Translations under genes and position numbers: made by a program
Part shown: in pieces, positions 39,763 through 50,020 of the stretch
Layout of the letters: each line of letters starts with the position of its first letter
How positions within the stretch are numbered: position 1 is the first letter of the stretch
Notes under the pieces: model-generated
What the model saw: the letters and a program-made list of their open reading frames with translations, nothing else
What the model was told of the DNA's origin: nothing
Databases searched by the model: none
Assembly (NCBI GenBank): GCA_934098395.1
Contig: CAKOOM010000001.1
Span: forward strand, 340,896-404,895
DNA length: 64,000 bases
Source of the DNA: an uncultured Bacilli bacterium
Lineage (GTDB): Bacteria > Bacillota_I > Bacilli_A > RF39 > UBA660
Direction: 5' to 3'

Positions 39763-40224
39763 TTGGGAGTGATTAAATTGTATGATACATATATAGTTAA
39801 AAAAAATGATACGATTGATAGTATCTCTTTAAAATATGGTACTTCTCCGGAAGTATTATATCAGCTAAATGGTTATGAATTTAGTTTAGATGAGGGTATG
39901 ACTTTGATAGTTCCTAGAAGAACTAGTAAATATTTTGATTATTATACGGTTAAGAAAGGGGATACTTTGTATAAAATAGCTAGCGATACGAAGATAGATC
40001 CGAATTTGTTGGCCCAACTTAATGGAATAAATACGAGTGATTATATATATCCGAATCAAGTATTGTTAATACCTAAAGCTGGTTCTATTTTATATATTAC
40101 TGCTGTAGGAGATACTTTAGCTGAGGTAGCTACGGGTCTTAAAACGAATATAGATGAATTAGTTAAACAAAATGATAAGATATATTTACAACCAGAGCAA
40201 CTTATTGTATATAAATATAAATAA
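39763..40224 (+). CDS. LysM-repeat protein (3 repeats; non-ATG start, TTG/GTG region 39763-39778)
   Basis: Three Y.VKKGDTL..IA...........LNG motifs. Confidence 0.6.
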   Translation: MGVIKLYDTYIVKKNDTIDSISLKYGTSPEVLYQLNGYEFSLDEGMTLIVPRRTSKYFDYYTVKKGDTLYKIASDTKIDPNLLAQLNGINTSDYIYPNQVLLIPKAGSILYITAVGDTLAEVATGLKTNIDELVKQNDKIYLQPEQLIVYKYK

Positions 40225-40273
40225 TATTTGTTTAAAGAAGAAATACATGTTATAATTATTCTAGGTGATAGGG

Positions 40274-41338
40274 ATGATACTTAGAAAACCATATGCTTTT
40301 TTAATAAAACATTTTAAGTTAATACATTTAGTTATTACTGGTATTTTATTTTATTTAGTACTTAAGTATAGGGATGTTTATGTGTTTTTAAGAAAATGTG
40401 TAACAGATAATGCCTATAAATATAATGCTTTGGAGTATATAGATTATACGATATATATATTTATATTAATTGCTATTTTATTACTAGGAGGTATATATTT
40501 CTTATTAAAATATAAAGATAAACCTCGTAGACAATATATATTTTCAATAGGAGTATATATAATTATTGGTATTGTAATGCTTGCTATTTATGGTTATTTA
40601 AGAGATATAATTAATAATTTAATAGAACAAAAGACTATTAGATTTTATAGAGATATTACTTTTATATCATTATTATTTCAATATTATATAATTGCTGTTA
40701 TGTTAATTAGAGGACTTGGATTTGATATAAAGAAATTTAATTTTGGAAAAGATGTTCAAGAATTGAATTTAACTGATGAAGATGGCGAAGAGATTGAAGT
40801 TAATGTAGGAATAGATACGACTAATATAGTTAGAGGAATAAGAAAGAAAAAAAGAGAATTAGGTTATTTTTATAGAGAGTATACGAAATATATTTTAGTT
40901 ATTATATTTATAATATTAATTATATTAGGGGTAAAAGGTTATAATTATTTTAATAGAGAATTTAAAGTTTATAATCAAGGAGATACTGTAGGGGTACATG
41001 ATTTCATAAAAATTACTGATAGTTATTATGATAAGAGTGATGATGGTAATTATATAATAGTTAAGTTTGATGTGTATAGAAACGGTGTTAGACAGAGACT
41101 TGATGTTGGTAGAGTTTCTTTATATGTAAATAAAAAGAAATATAATGCTGATAAGAATGTGTGTTATAAATATGATGTAGTTGGAAACTGTTATAAAAAG
41201 CAATATATTTTAGAGAAAGAAAAGAGTTATATATTGGTATATCCAGTAGATAAGATGAATACTAAGAACAGTTATATAATTTATAATGAAGATTATGATA
41301 ATAATTATAAGATAAAGTTATCAATAAGTGAATATTAA
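40274..41338 (+). CDS. hypothetical polytopic membrane protein
   Basis: Multiple transmembrane segments; ATG after AGGTGA. Confidence 0.5.
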   Translation: MILRKPYAFLIKHFKLIHLVITGILFYLVLKYRDVYVFLRKCVTDNAYKYNALEYIDYTIYIFILIAILLLGGIYFLLKYKDKPRRQYIFSIGVYIIIGIVMLAIYGYLRDIINNLIEQKTIRFYRDITFISLLFQYYIIAVMLIRGLGFDIKKFNFGKDVQELNLTDEDGEEIEVNVGIDTTNIVRGIRKKKRELGYFYREYTKYILVIIFIILIILGVKGYNYFNREFKVYNQGDTVGVHDFIKITDSYYDKSDDGNYIIVKFDVYRNGVRQRLDVGRVSLYVNKKKYNADKNVCYKYDVVGNCYKKQYILEKEKSYILVYPVDKMNTKNSYIIYNEDYDNNYKIKLSISEY

Positions 41339-41364
41339 GAATGATTTAGTCATTCTTTTTTTAA
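41339..41364 (+). terminator. rho-independent terminator
   Basis: AGAATGA-TTTAG-TCATTCT followed by T7. Confidence 0.7.
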
Positions 41365-41442
41365 TAAAACTGACTTTTTTTGCATATATTATATTGTAAA
41401 AAAGATTTTTTTTTGATATAATTAATATGTCTTTTAAGTGAT

Positions 41443-41516
41443 GGACCTATAGCCAAGTGGTAAGGCATGGGACTGCAACTCCCTGATCGTTGGTTCAAAT
41501 CCGACTGGGTCCTCCA
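41443..41516 (+). tRNA. tRNA-Cys (anticodon GCA), CCA encoded
   Basis: Hand fold. Acceptor GGACCTA/TGGGTCC with one G-U pair; D-loop contains GG; anticodon loop CTGCAAC; T-arm GTTGG-TTCAAAT-CCGAC; discriminator T, then CCA. Confidence 0.85.
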
Positions 41517-41528
41517 TTATAAATATTA

Positions 41529-41558
41529 GCAAAACTAAGAATTGGTTTTGCTTTTTTT
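41529..41558 (+). terminator. rho-independent terminator after the tRNA
   Basis: GCAAAAC-TAAGAAT-TGGTTTTGC followed by T7. Confidence 0.7.
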
Positions 41559-41620
41559 ATGTTTTTTACTTGATTTATTAATTAAAAAATATTATTATGT
41601 ATTTAAGGGAGGTAGTAACT

Positions 41621-42385
41621 ATGGGTAAAAATAAAGGTTATAAAGCGTATAATAAATTTGTTTCTGAACTATTAGTAGATGAAAGTATAAGAGAAGAAGT
41701 AATAACAAGAATTGGTAGTTTTTTAAAGTATGGAAATGTTTGCTTTGAAGGTAATAGTTTATTTGGTAAATGTTTTGATTTTGAAGATGCAGAATACTTA
41801 GAAATAAAATATGATAAGAATGGTTTTGTTTATAATCATACTGAAGGGGCATGTAGGACTAATGTAAAAATAACACAATATAATTTAAAACAAGGAAATG
41901 TAAAAGTTGAAAGAGAAGAACAAGTAAATTATGATATAGATGATAAACATAGTCATGAGGAAGATAGGGAAATATTAAGAAGAATTTATAATAAAGATAA
42001 TGTATTGATTTATGAAGAAAAGTACAGTGAAAATAGACGTTACAATTTCAACAATAATGGTTTACTATATTCTGATAGTGGTTTTGGAAATAAGTTTAAA
42101 ATTGAAAAACAATGGAATATATCAAATGGTTCGATAATTCAGTATAGATTGAGAAAAGATTTTTATGATGATTCTTTATTGGAAGAAAATTATTATATAA
42201 GTGAAGGATTATATAGAGATCCTTTGGGGTTTGGTATGTATTATTTTGATGATTTGGATAAAGATCTTTTTGAGTTATTTATGACTGGTAAAATAACTAT
42301 AAAAGAAGTAATAGAGAAAACTAGAGAAAAAAATAAACAGAAAGAAAAGATTCGTAAAAAGAAGAATTTGTCTAATCAAGAGTAA
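41621..42385 (+). CDS. hypothetical protein
   Basis: GGGAGG RBS 8 nt upstream of ATG 41621. Confidence 0.45.
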   Translation: MGKNKGYKAYNKFVSELLVDESIREEVITRIGSFLKYGNVCFEGNSLFGKCFDFEDAEYLEIKYDKNGFVYNHTEGACRTNVKITQYNLKQGNVKVEREEQVNYDIDDKHSHEEDREILRRIYNKDNVLIYEEKYSENRRYNFNNNGLLYSDSGFGNKFKIEKQWNISNGSIIQYRLRKDFYDDSLLEENYYISEGLYRDPLGFGMYYFDDLDKDLFELFMTGKITIKEVIEKTREKNKQKEKIRKKKNLSNQE

Positions 42386-42420
42386 TAACAAATTGTTACT
42401 ACTCTTGATTTTTATTTTTA
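42380..42420 (+). terminator. rho-independent terminator
   Basis: AGAGTAATAAC...GTTACTACTCT followed by T-run. Confidence 0.55.
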
Positions 42421-42460
42421 AATTAGATATAATTTATATATGTTAGATGGAGGTAATAAT

Positions 42461-43267
42461 ATGAAATGTGTAGTTATAACAGGTAGTGCTAGAGGATTAG
42501 GTTTTGAAATGGCTAAACGTTTTAGAAAGAAGAATTTCAATGTTGTTATAAGTGATTTATTTAAAAATGACATAGATAATGCTAAGAATAAACTATTAGA
42601 TATAAAGAGTGATGGAGATGTGTTATCTATAGTTTGTGATGTTACACAAGAAAGTGATATTAAAAAGTTAATTAAAAGTTCTAAAAAGAAATTTGGAAAT
42701 ATAGATATATGGATTAATAATGCCGGGGTTAATCAACCTGATAAAATGATATGGGAACTTAGTGGAGAAGAGATAAGTAAGTTAATTGATATTGATTTAA
42801 AGGGTACGATGATAGCTTCAAAATTAATTATGGAAGAGATGATTAAACAAGGAAAAGGTGCTATATATAATGTTGAAGGTCATGGTAGTAATGATGCAGT
42901 AATACCTGGTTTATCGGTATATGGCACTGCTAAGAGAGGGGTAACTTATTTTACTAATGCACTTGCTAAAGAAATAGAAAATAGAAAAGTGGATATTATG
43001 GTAGGTAAGTTAGCTCCGGGAATAATGATTACTGATTTTGTAGTTAATGCTTTTAGAGATAAGAAAATAAAACTAAGTAAAAAGAATAAACGAGTATATA
43101 ATATATTAGGGGATTATCCAGATGTTGTAGCTAATTTTTTAGTTAATCGAATGATTAGTAATACGGATAATAATGTTAGAATTAATTGGCTTACTAACAG
43201 AAAAGCAGCATTTAGATTTATGAGTAGTTTTATTAGAAAAAGAGACTTTTTTGGTGAAAAAAAATAG
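42461..43267 (+). CDS. short-chain dehydrogenase/reductase (SDR)
   Basis: TGSARGLG Rossmann motif; catalytic Tyr and Lys later in the sequence. Confidence 0.7.
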   Translation: MKCVVITGSARGLGFEMAKRFRKKNFNVVISDLFKNDIDNAKNKLLDIKSDGDVLSIVCDVTQESDIKKLIKSSKKKFGNIDIWINNAGVNQPDKMIWELSGEEISKLIDIDLKGTMIASKLIMEEMIKQGKGAIYNVEGHGSNDAVIPGLSVYGTAKRGVTYFTNALAKEIENRKVDIMVGKLAPGIMITDFVVNAFRDKKIKLSKKNKRVYNILGDYPDVVANFLVNRMISNTDNNVRINWLTNRKAAFRFMSSFIRKRDFFGEKK

Positions 43268-43292
43268 AGTTTTTTAAAAACTCTATTTTATT
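43262..43292. terminator. bidirectional terminator between the convergent SDR and clpB genes
   Basis: ATAGAGTTTTTTAAAAACTCTAT palindrome. Confidence 0.6.
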
Positions 43293-45397
43293 ATGAATAA
43301 ATTATTTGAAACATCAATTGTAATAGTACTATTAAATTTAACTTTGTCTTCAAGGATTTGATTAGCTATTAATGATTCAATATGTTTAACAACGTATCTT
43401 TTTATTGGTCTAGCACCAAAAGATTCATCATATGAATTGTCAATAATATAATCTTTAGCATCTTTAGTTAAGACTAGTTTTATTTGTTTATCTTCAAGTC
43501 TTGTTTCAATGTCTTTTACAATATTGTCTAAGATTTTATATACAGTATCTTTACTTAATGAATTAAAGGTAATTATTTCATCAATTCTATTTAAAAATTC
43601 TGGTTTGAATGTACGTTTTAATTCATCGTTAACTAGTTCTTTAGTATTTGGTAATTTATTTAAGATATATTCACTACCTAAGTTAGATGTCATGATGATA
43701 ATGGTATTTTTAAAGTCGACAGTTCTACCTTGTGAATCGGTTATTCTTCCATCATCTAATATTTGAAGTAATATATTAAAGACATCTTTGTGTGCTTTTT
43801 CTATTTCATCAAATAATACGATTGAATAAGGATTTTTTCTCACGGCTTCGGTTAATTGTCCACCTTCATCATATCCGATGTATCCTGGAGGAGAACCTAC
43901 AAGACGTGATACGGAATGACTTTCCATATATTCGGACATATCGATACGAATGATATGTTTTACGTCATCAAATAGTTCATAGGCAAGAGTCTTTGCGACT
44001 TCTGTTTTACCAACACCAGTTGGCCCAAGAAACATAAATGAACCAATTGGCCTACGAGGATCTTTTATACCAGCACGTGCTCTTTTTATGGCTTCGGCAA
44101 CTAAATGAATAGCATTATCTTGACCGATTACATGTTTTTTCATGTTATCTTCAAGATTAAGTAATTTTTCTCTTTCTGAACCTACTAATTTAGTTACAGG
44201 GATATTCGTCCATTTTGAAATAACGGTAGCTACTTGGTTTTCATCAACGGTATTACTTAGTAATGATGAGTTCTCATTATTAAATTTTAGAGTGGCTAAT
44301 TCTTCTTGTAATTTAGGAATTGTACCATGTTTTAAAACAGCAGCTTGTTCATAATCATAATTAGATTCGGCTAATTCTAATTTATGATTAGCTATTTCTA
44401 ATTCTTCTTTCTTTTCTTTAATTTTGGTACTTAATTGTTTTTCTTCATTCCATTTGTTTCTTAATACTTTTTCTTTTTCTTCAAGTTCTGTCAATTTTTT
44501 ATTGATTTCTTCAGTTCTTTTTAATGAAAGTTCATCTTTTTCTTTTTTTAATGATTCACGTTCTATTTGAAGAGTCATGATTTCTCTTGTTAGGTAATCT
44601 AATTTTACGGGAACTGATTCCATTTGTACTTTAATAGTAGCGCATGCTTCATCTACAAGGTCAATGGCTTTATCTGGTAAATATCTATCAGTTATGTATC
44701 TATTTGACAGATTAGCTGCTGCTACAAGAGCGGCATCTTTGATAGTTACTCCATGAAATACTTCGAAACGAGATTTTAAACCTCTTAATATAGCAATAGT
44801 ATCTGATACAGTTGGCTCTGATACGAGTACTTTTTGAAATCTTCTTTCAAGAGCACCATCTTTTTCGATATATTTGCGATATTCATTTAGGGTGGTAGCT
44901 CCGATACATAGTATTTCACCACGGGCTAGCATAGGTTTTAATAAATTACCAGCATCCATGGCTCCTTCGGTTGCTCCAGCTCCGACAAGTAAATGAATTT
45001 CATCAATAAATAAAATGATTTTTCCATCGGAATCTTTTATTTCTTTTAAGACAGCTTTTAATCTTTCTTCGAATTCTCCACGATATTTAGCTCCGGCAAT
45101 TAAAGCTCCCATATCTAATGACCAAATAGTTTTATCTTTTAAATTATTTGGAATATCTCCCTTAATTATTCTTGTAGCAAGTCCTTCGATAATGGCAGTT
45201 TTACCAACACCGGGAACTCCTACTAGGACGGGATTGTTTTTAGTTTTTCTTGATAATATTCTGGTGATATTACGAATTTCTTCATCTCTACCAATGACAG
45301 GATCTATTTTACCATCTTTGGCTTCTTGAGTAATATCACGTCCGTATTTTTCTAAGACATTTTGTAAATTTTCTTCATATGGATTTTGATTATTCAT
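43283..45397 (-). CDS. clpB: ATP-dependent chaperone ClpB lacking the N-terminal domain
   Basis: Two AAA+ modules ([16 protein letters not shown]) with the long coiled-coil M-domain; begins at the NBD1 linker ([28 protein letters not shown]). ATG 45397 follows a GGAAGTGG RBS; the ORF-track start at 45406 is a GTG. Confidence 0.85.
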   Translation of the reverse strand: MNNQNPYEENLQNVLEKYGRDITQEAKDGKIDPVIGRDEEIRNITRILSRKTKNNPVLVGVPGVGKTAIIEGLATRIIKGDIPNNLKDKTIWSLDMGALIAGAKYRGEFEERLKAVLKEIKDSDGKIILFIDEIHLLVGAGATEGAMDAGNLLKPMLARGEILCIGATTLNEYRKYIEKDGALERRFQKVLVSEPTVSDTIAILRGLKSRFEVFHGVTIKDAALVAAANLSNRYITDRYLPDKAIDLVDEACATIKVQMESVPVKLDYLTREIMTLQIERESLKKEKDELSLKRTEEINKKLTELEEKEKVLRNKWNEEKQLSTKIKEKKEELEIANHKLELAESNYDYEQAAVLKHGTIPKLQEELATLKFNNENSSLLSNTVDENQVATVISKWTNIPVTKLVGSEREKLLNLEDNMKKHVIGQDNAIHLVAEAIKRARAGIKDPRRPIGSFMFLGPTGVGKTEVAKTLAYELFDDVKHIIRIDMSEYMESHSVSRLVGSPPGYIGYDEGGQLTEAVRKNPYSIVLFDEIEKAHKDVFNILLQILDDGRITDSQGRTVDFKNTIIIMTSNLGSEYILNKLPNTKELVNDELKRTFKPEFLNRIDEIITFNSLSKDTVYKILDNIVKDIETRLEDKQIKLVLTKDAKDYIIDNSYDESFGARPIKRYVVKHIESLIANQILEDKVKFNSTITIDVSNNLFIIK

Positions 45398-45426
45398 AAT
45401 AACCACTTCCTTTCTAATTATAATTA

Positions 45427-45469
45427 TAGCACAAAATTAGCAATTGTCAATGTTAATTGCTAATTTTCT
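45427..45469. promoter_or_regulatory. CIRCE-like palindromic operator in the divergent clpB/hsp20 promoter region
   Basis: Perfect TTAGCAATT-N9-AATTGCTAA at 45427-45453. A second 9-bp inverted repeat, AATTGTCAA-N20-TTGACAATT (45432-45469), overlaps the -35 TTGACA of the hsp20 promoter (TTGACA-N16-TGcTATAAT). Confidence 0.5.
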
Positions 45470-45522
45470 ATTGACAATTAAAAATATAGTGCTATAATTA
45501 GTTTAGAAAGGAAGTGAAGAGA

Positions 45523-45909
45523 ATGTTACCAAGTAGAATATTTTTTGATAATTTCTTAGATGATATAGATTCAAAGAAATTTGATAAGATGATGAAATGT
45601 GATATATATGAAGAAGATAATATGTATCATGTATTAGTTGAAGTTCCTGGATTTAAAAAGGAAGATATTAAAATTGAATTTGAAAATGGTTATTTAAAAG
45701 TTATTGCTGAAAATAGTCAAGAAGAAAATGAAGATAAAAAATATCTTCGTAAAGAAAGAACTTCAATGACAAGATGCGAAAGATCATTTTATTTTGGGGA
45801 ACTTAATGAAGATTTGATTAAAGCAGAATTTAAAGATGGTATTTTAAATATTTCAGTTCCTAAAGATAAACGTGAGGAAGTAGTTAAAAAAATAATAAAT
45901 ATAGACTAG
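45523..45909 (+). CDS. Hsp20 / alpha-crystallin small heat-shock protein
   Basis: alpha-crystallin domain; IxI-type C-terminus (INID); AGGAAGTGA RBS. Confidence 0.8.
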   Translation: MLPSRIFFDNFLDDIDSKKFDKMMKCDIYEEDNMYHVLVEVPGFKKEDIKIEFENGYLKVIAENSQEENEDKKYLRKERTSMTRCERSFYFGELNEDLIKAEFKDGILNISVPKDKREEVVKKIINID

Positions 45910-46008
45910 AAATAGTCTATATTTATTTTGTTATTGTAAATTAAAGTTACATTTATTGACATTATTATAAATTATAGATATACTTAATGTAGATAGGAAG
46001 GTATATTT

Positions 46009-46533
46009 ATGAATAATATGGATTTTTCTTGGATAATTAAAGATATAAATGATAGTTTAATTATAAAAGCTTTTTATGAAGAGAAGAGTACTAGTTTTGA
46101 TGTATGTAATTATAGTGCTAAAGAAATACTTTCAACTACGGGAGATGAACTAGTGGTTGAAGAATTAAATGTTAGTGATATTAGTAATTTTTTAAATATG
46201 GGGATAGTTAGATTTGGAAATAGTAATGGTGGAATTATGGATATTCCTCTTCGTAATATTTATGTGTTATATAGTCATGCAGTTGATTTTTATAAAGATA
46301 ATGATAGTTCTGATATAATTGATTTTTCTTCAATTGAGGGTTTTTCGGTGCAAAAAATTTATGATCTTCAGTCATTTATTATTTCTACCGTGCCTAGTAT
46401 TTTGTTAGAAATATTAGAAATAGCTAAGAATTTCTCTGTTATGGATAATAATAAAAAATATAAGGCTTTGGTTAGAGTAATGGAGATTAATAGAGAAATG
46501 GTGATTAAGAATGTTAAAAACAAGAAATTTTAA
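46009..46533 (+). CDS. hypothetical protein
   Basis: ORF track; AGGAAGG RBS. Confidence 0.45.
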   Translation: MNNMDFSWIIKDINDSLIIKAFYEEKSTSFDVCNYSAKEILSTTGDELVVEELNVSDISNFLNMGIVRFGNSNGGIMDIPLRNIYVLYSHAVDFYKDNDSSDIIDFSSIEGFSVQKIYDLQSFIISTVPSILLEILEIAKNFSVMDNNKKYKALVRVMEINREMVIKNVKNKKF

Positions 46534-46616
46534 TCTTGTTTTTTTGTTAAGACTTATTTGCATGGTCATATTGACTTTGATATTTTTAATTATTATAATT
46601 TATATAAGGATGTGGT

Positions 46617-48794
46617 ATGATGTATGCGAATGTTATAATTGAATATGGTAATAAGGCTGTAGATACTTTGTTTACATATATTATACCAGATAATTTAAGA
46701 GAAAAAATTAGGATTGGTCATAGGGTGTTGGTGCCTTTTAATAATAGAGAAATAGAAGGCTTTGTTTTAGGTATTAGTAATGAGTTTAATAGTAAGTATG
46801 AACTTAAGGAGATTAGTTCTTTATGTGATTTAGAACCAGTACTTAATGAGGAAATGATAATACTTGGAGAAAAAATACAAAAAGAAATTTTGTGTAGTAG
46901 GATTTCTATATATCAAGCTATGCTTCCTAAAGCACTTAAAGCTAAACATAATATGAATATTGGAATAAAGATGAATAGATATATTACGCTTAATATATCT
47001 CGAGATGAAGCTTTAAGGTATATAGAAGGGTGTAGGTTTGCTAAACAGAGGGAAATAATTTCAAAATTGTTAGATAATGATAAAATTTTATTAAGTAATG
47101 TTAATTCTAGTATTAATACTTTAATTCGTAATGATGTTATTAAGTATATCTATGAAGAGGTTAATAGATATGTAAGTAAAAGTAGTGGTAAATATAGAAT
47201 TGTTAAACTTAATTCACTTCAGGAAGAAGTAGTAAATAGTGTTAAATTGGAAGAATATAACAAATATTTATTGTGGGGAGTAACGGGTAGTGGAAAGACT
47301 GAAGTGTATATGGAACTTATAGATAGAGTTTTAAAACAGGGTAAAAATGCAATTATGTTAGTACCAGAGATTAGTTTGACTCCACAAATAGTAGATAGAT
47401 TTGTTACAAGATTTGGAACGGATATTGCTATTTTACATAGTGGATTATCTGATTATGAAAAATATGATGAATATAGAAAAATAATAAATGAAAAAGTTAG
47501 AATTGTGGTAGGAGCTAGAAGTGCTGTATTTGCTCCGCTTAAGAATATTGGGATAATTATTATGGATGAAGAACACAGTAGTACTTATAAGCAAGATAAT
47601 TCTCCGAGATATCATGCAAGGGATGTTGCTATGATGAGGGGTGAATATCATAATGCACCAGTACTTCTTGGTAGTGCTACACCATCTCTTGAGTCTTTTG
47701 CAAGAGCTGGACGAGGTGTGTATAAACTTCTTACTTTAACAAAAAGAGCTGGTGGCGGAGAATTACCTGATGTCCAAATTGTCGATATGAAAAGTGAAAT
47801 AAAGAAAGGTAATTTTATTTTATCAGAGTTACTTGTAAAAAAAATAAAAGAAAAATTAACAAATAATGAACAGATAATTTTGTTGCTTAATCGTAGAGGG
47901 TATTCTTCGATGCTTACTTGTAGAGATTGCGGTAATGTTTTGAAATGTCCTAATTGTGATATCTCATTAACATATCATAAAAGTAGTAATACAAATAGAT
48001 GTCATTATTGTAATTATAGTATTAAAAATGTAGATAAATGTAATGTATGTGGTAGTAGTAATATTAAAGAGTATGGTCTTGGTACAGAAAAATTAGAAGA
48101 AGAAATTGTTCGAATGTTTTCGGCTAGAGTAGTTAGAATGGATATGGATACGACTAGTAAAAAGGGAATGCATGAAAAGATTATTGCTGATTTTGGGGAT
48201 CATAAATATGATATATTACTTGGTACACAGATGATAGCTAAAGGACTTGATTTTCCTCTTGTTACTTTAGTAGGAGTAATCAATGCAGATTCTTCTTTAA
48301 ATGTACCTGATTTTAGAAGCGCTGAGAATACTTATCAATTGCTTAGTCAAGTAGCAGGAAGAGCAGGGAGAGGAAACTTGGTTGGAGAAGTAATAATTCA
48401 GAGTTATAATCCAGAACATTATAGTATAACGTATGCGAAAAAGCATGATTATTTGAGTTTTTATAAGGAAGAGATGAGTATAAGAAAGTTGCTTAATTAT
48501 CCACCATACTACTACATTACTTTAGTTAATATAAGTAGTAGAAATTATGATGATGGATTTAAGGAAGCAAATAAGATTGGCGAATATTTGAAACGTAATC
48601 TAGATAAAAATACGATAGTTTTAGGGCCATCAATGGCTAATGTATTTAGAATTAATAATGTATATCATTATCAATGTATTATTAAATATAAAAAAGATTT
48701 ATTACTAAATCAGGTATTAACTAAATTAGATGAAATATATAAAAGTAATACGAAAGTACAAATACTATTGGATGTTAATCCAGTAAGGATGTGA
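46617..48794 (+). CDS. priA: primosomal protein N' (PriA helicase)
   Basis: Walker A GVTGSGKTEVY, DEEH box, Cys-rich zinc fingers (CRDCGNVLKCPNCD...CHYCNY). Confidence 0.85.
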   Translation: MMYANVIIEYGNKAVDTLFTYIIPDNLREKIRIGHRVLVPFNNREIEGFVLGISNEFNSKYELKEISSLCDLEPVLNEEMIILGEKIQKEILCSRISIYQAMLPKALKAKHNMNIGIKMNRYITLNISRDEALRYIEGCRFAKQREIISKLLDNDKILLSNVNSSINTLIRNDVIKYIYEEVNRYVSKSSGKYRIVKLNSLQEEVVNSVKLEEYNKYLLWGVTGSGKTEVYMELIDRVLKQGKNAIMLVPEISLTPQIVDRFVTRFGTDIAILHSGLSDYEKYDEYRKIINEKVRIVVGARSAVFAPLKNIGIIIMDEEHSSTYKQDNSPRYHARDVAMMRGEYHNAPVLLGSATPSLESFARAGRGVYKLLTLTKRAGGGELPDVQIVDMKSEIKKGNFILSELLVKKIKEKLTNNEQIILLLNRRGYSSMLTCRDCGNVLKCPNCDISLTYHKSSNTNRCHYCNYSIKNVDKCNVCGSSNIKEYGLGTEKLEEEIVRMFSARVVRMDMDTTSKKGMHEKIIADFGDHKYDILLGTQMIAKGLDFPLVTLVGVINADSSLNVPDFRSAENTYQLLSQVAGRAGRGNLVGEVIIQSYNPEHYSITYAKKHDYLSFYKEEMSIRKLLNYPPYYYITLVNISSRNYDDGFKEANKIGEYLKRNLDKNTIVLGPSMANVFRINNVYHYQCIIKYKKDLLLNQVLTKLDEIYKSNTKVQILLDVNPVRM

Positions 48795-48797
48795 TTT

Positions 48798-49973
48798 ATG
48801 AAAATAAAAATTGAAGCAATGGATCATAATGGATCTGGAATAGGGAGAATAGATGATAAGGTTGTTTTTGTTCCTAAGAGTATTGTAGGGGATTATGTAG
48901 ATACAGAAGTAATTAGAGATAATAAAAAATATATGAATGGAATAATTAAAGAGATAATTACTCCGAGTAGTAAGAGACAGGAAGCAATATGCCCATACTA
49001 TGAGAAATGTGGAGGTTGTCAGATAAGTAATCTGTCTTATTTGGAACAGTTGGAATTTAAGAAAAATAAGGTAAAAAATATATTTTCTAGGTATTTAAAT
49101 AAATCAATAGATCCAGTAATAATAGATAGTGATAAGAGATATCAGTATAGAAATAAGATAACATTTCATAATGAGGGAGAACTAGGTCTTATATCAATAG
49201 AAAATAGATGTGTACCAATAGATAGATGTTTATTAGTTAGTGATAAGGTAAATCAAATATATGAACTTATTAAACGAGAAGATACGAGTAGATTAGATAA
49301 ACTGATTATTAAAGAATGTGATAATGGTATTATTCTTAGTATATATGGAATTATAAATTATAATAAGTTTAGAGATTTATGTATATCAATATATGTTGAT
49401 GATAAAAGAGTTTATTTTAAGGAAGATGGGTATATTTATATTAAAGATATTAAATATTTAATATCTAATAAATCTTTTTTTCAAATAAATACGAGTAATA
49501 TAAGTAAGTTATATGATTTAATTATTCAATATGGTAAGTTTAATGGTACTGAGAGAGTAATAGATTTGTACTGTGGTGTTGGAAGTATAAGTTTATATGT
49601 TTCTAGATATGTTGATAGTGTTCTTGGAATAGAGATAGTAGATGATGCGATTAAGGATGCAAGAAAGAATGCTAATAATAATATGATATCTAATGTATCT
49701 TTTATTTGTTCTGATGTATCTTTAGTAATAGATGATAATATTAATTGTGATGTATTAATTGTAGATCCTCCAAGAGTAGGAATTGATAAACATACGATAG
49801 ATGTTATTAATAAATCAGGTATAAAGAAAATAATATATGTATCTTGTGATCCGATGACTTTAGTTCGTGATATTAAAAGATTAGATAATTATGAATTTGT
49901 AGATATAACATTAGTAGATATGTTTCCACAAACACATCATGTGGAGTGTGTAAGTGTTTTAAAACTTAGATAG
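48798..49973 (+). CDS. rlmD: 23S rRNA (uracil-5)-methyltransferase RlmD/RumA family
   Basis: N-terminal TRAM domain, Cys cluster CPYYEKCGGCQ, SAM motif DLYCGVGSISL, VDPPRVG. Confidence 0.75.
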   Translation: MKIKIEAMDHNGSGIGRIDDKVVFVPKSIVGDYVDTEVIRDNKKYMNGIIKEIITPSSKRQEAICPYYEKCGGCQISNLSYLEQLEFKKNKVKNIFSRYLNKSIDPVIIDSDKRYQYRNKITFHNEGELGLISIENRCVPIDRCLLVSDKVNQIYELIKREDTSRLDKLIIKECDNGIILSIYGIINYNKFRDLCISIYVDDKRVYFKEDGYIYIKDIKYLISNKSFFQINTSNISKLYDLIIQYGKFNGTERVIDLYCGVGSISLYVSRYVDSVLGIEIVDDAIKDARKNANNNMISNVSFICSDVSLVIDDNINCDVLIVDPPRVGIDKHTIDVINKSGIKKIIYVSCDPMTLVRDIKRLDNYEFVDITLVDMFPQTHHVECVSVLKLR

Positions 49974-49988
49974 GTATTGATATTATAA
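49944..49988. repeat. direct repeat copy 1 (45 bp; the 3' end of rlmD including its stop codon)
   Basis: Identical 45-mer at 50990-51034; 56 bp with 2 mismatches when extended upstream. Confidence 0.85.
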
Positions 49989-50020
49989 GTAACTATTTAG
50001 TAAATGTTAAAATATAGAAA

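Noticed and set aside
41443-41516. tRNA-Cys as the prophage attachment site
   Set aside because: It lies about 10 kb from the phage end, with core genes (trmB, sepF, divIVA-domain gene, truA) in between. No repeat of its 3' end was seen near 30.6-32.2 kb.
45407-45513. Canonical CtsR operator upstream of clpB
   Set aside because: No tandem direct (A/G)GTCAAA heptads. The GTCAA elements present are arranged as inverted repeats, not direct repeats.
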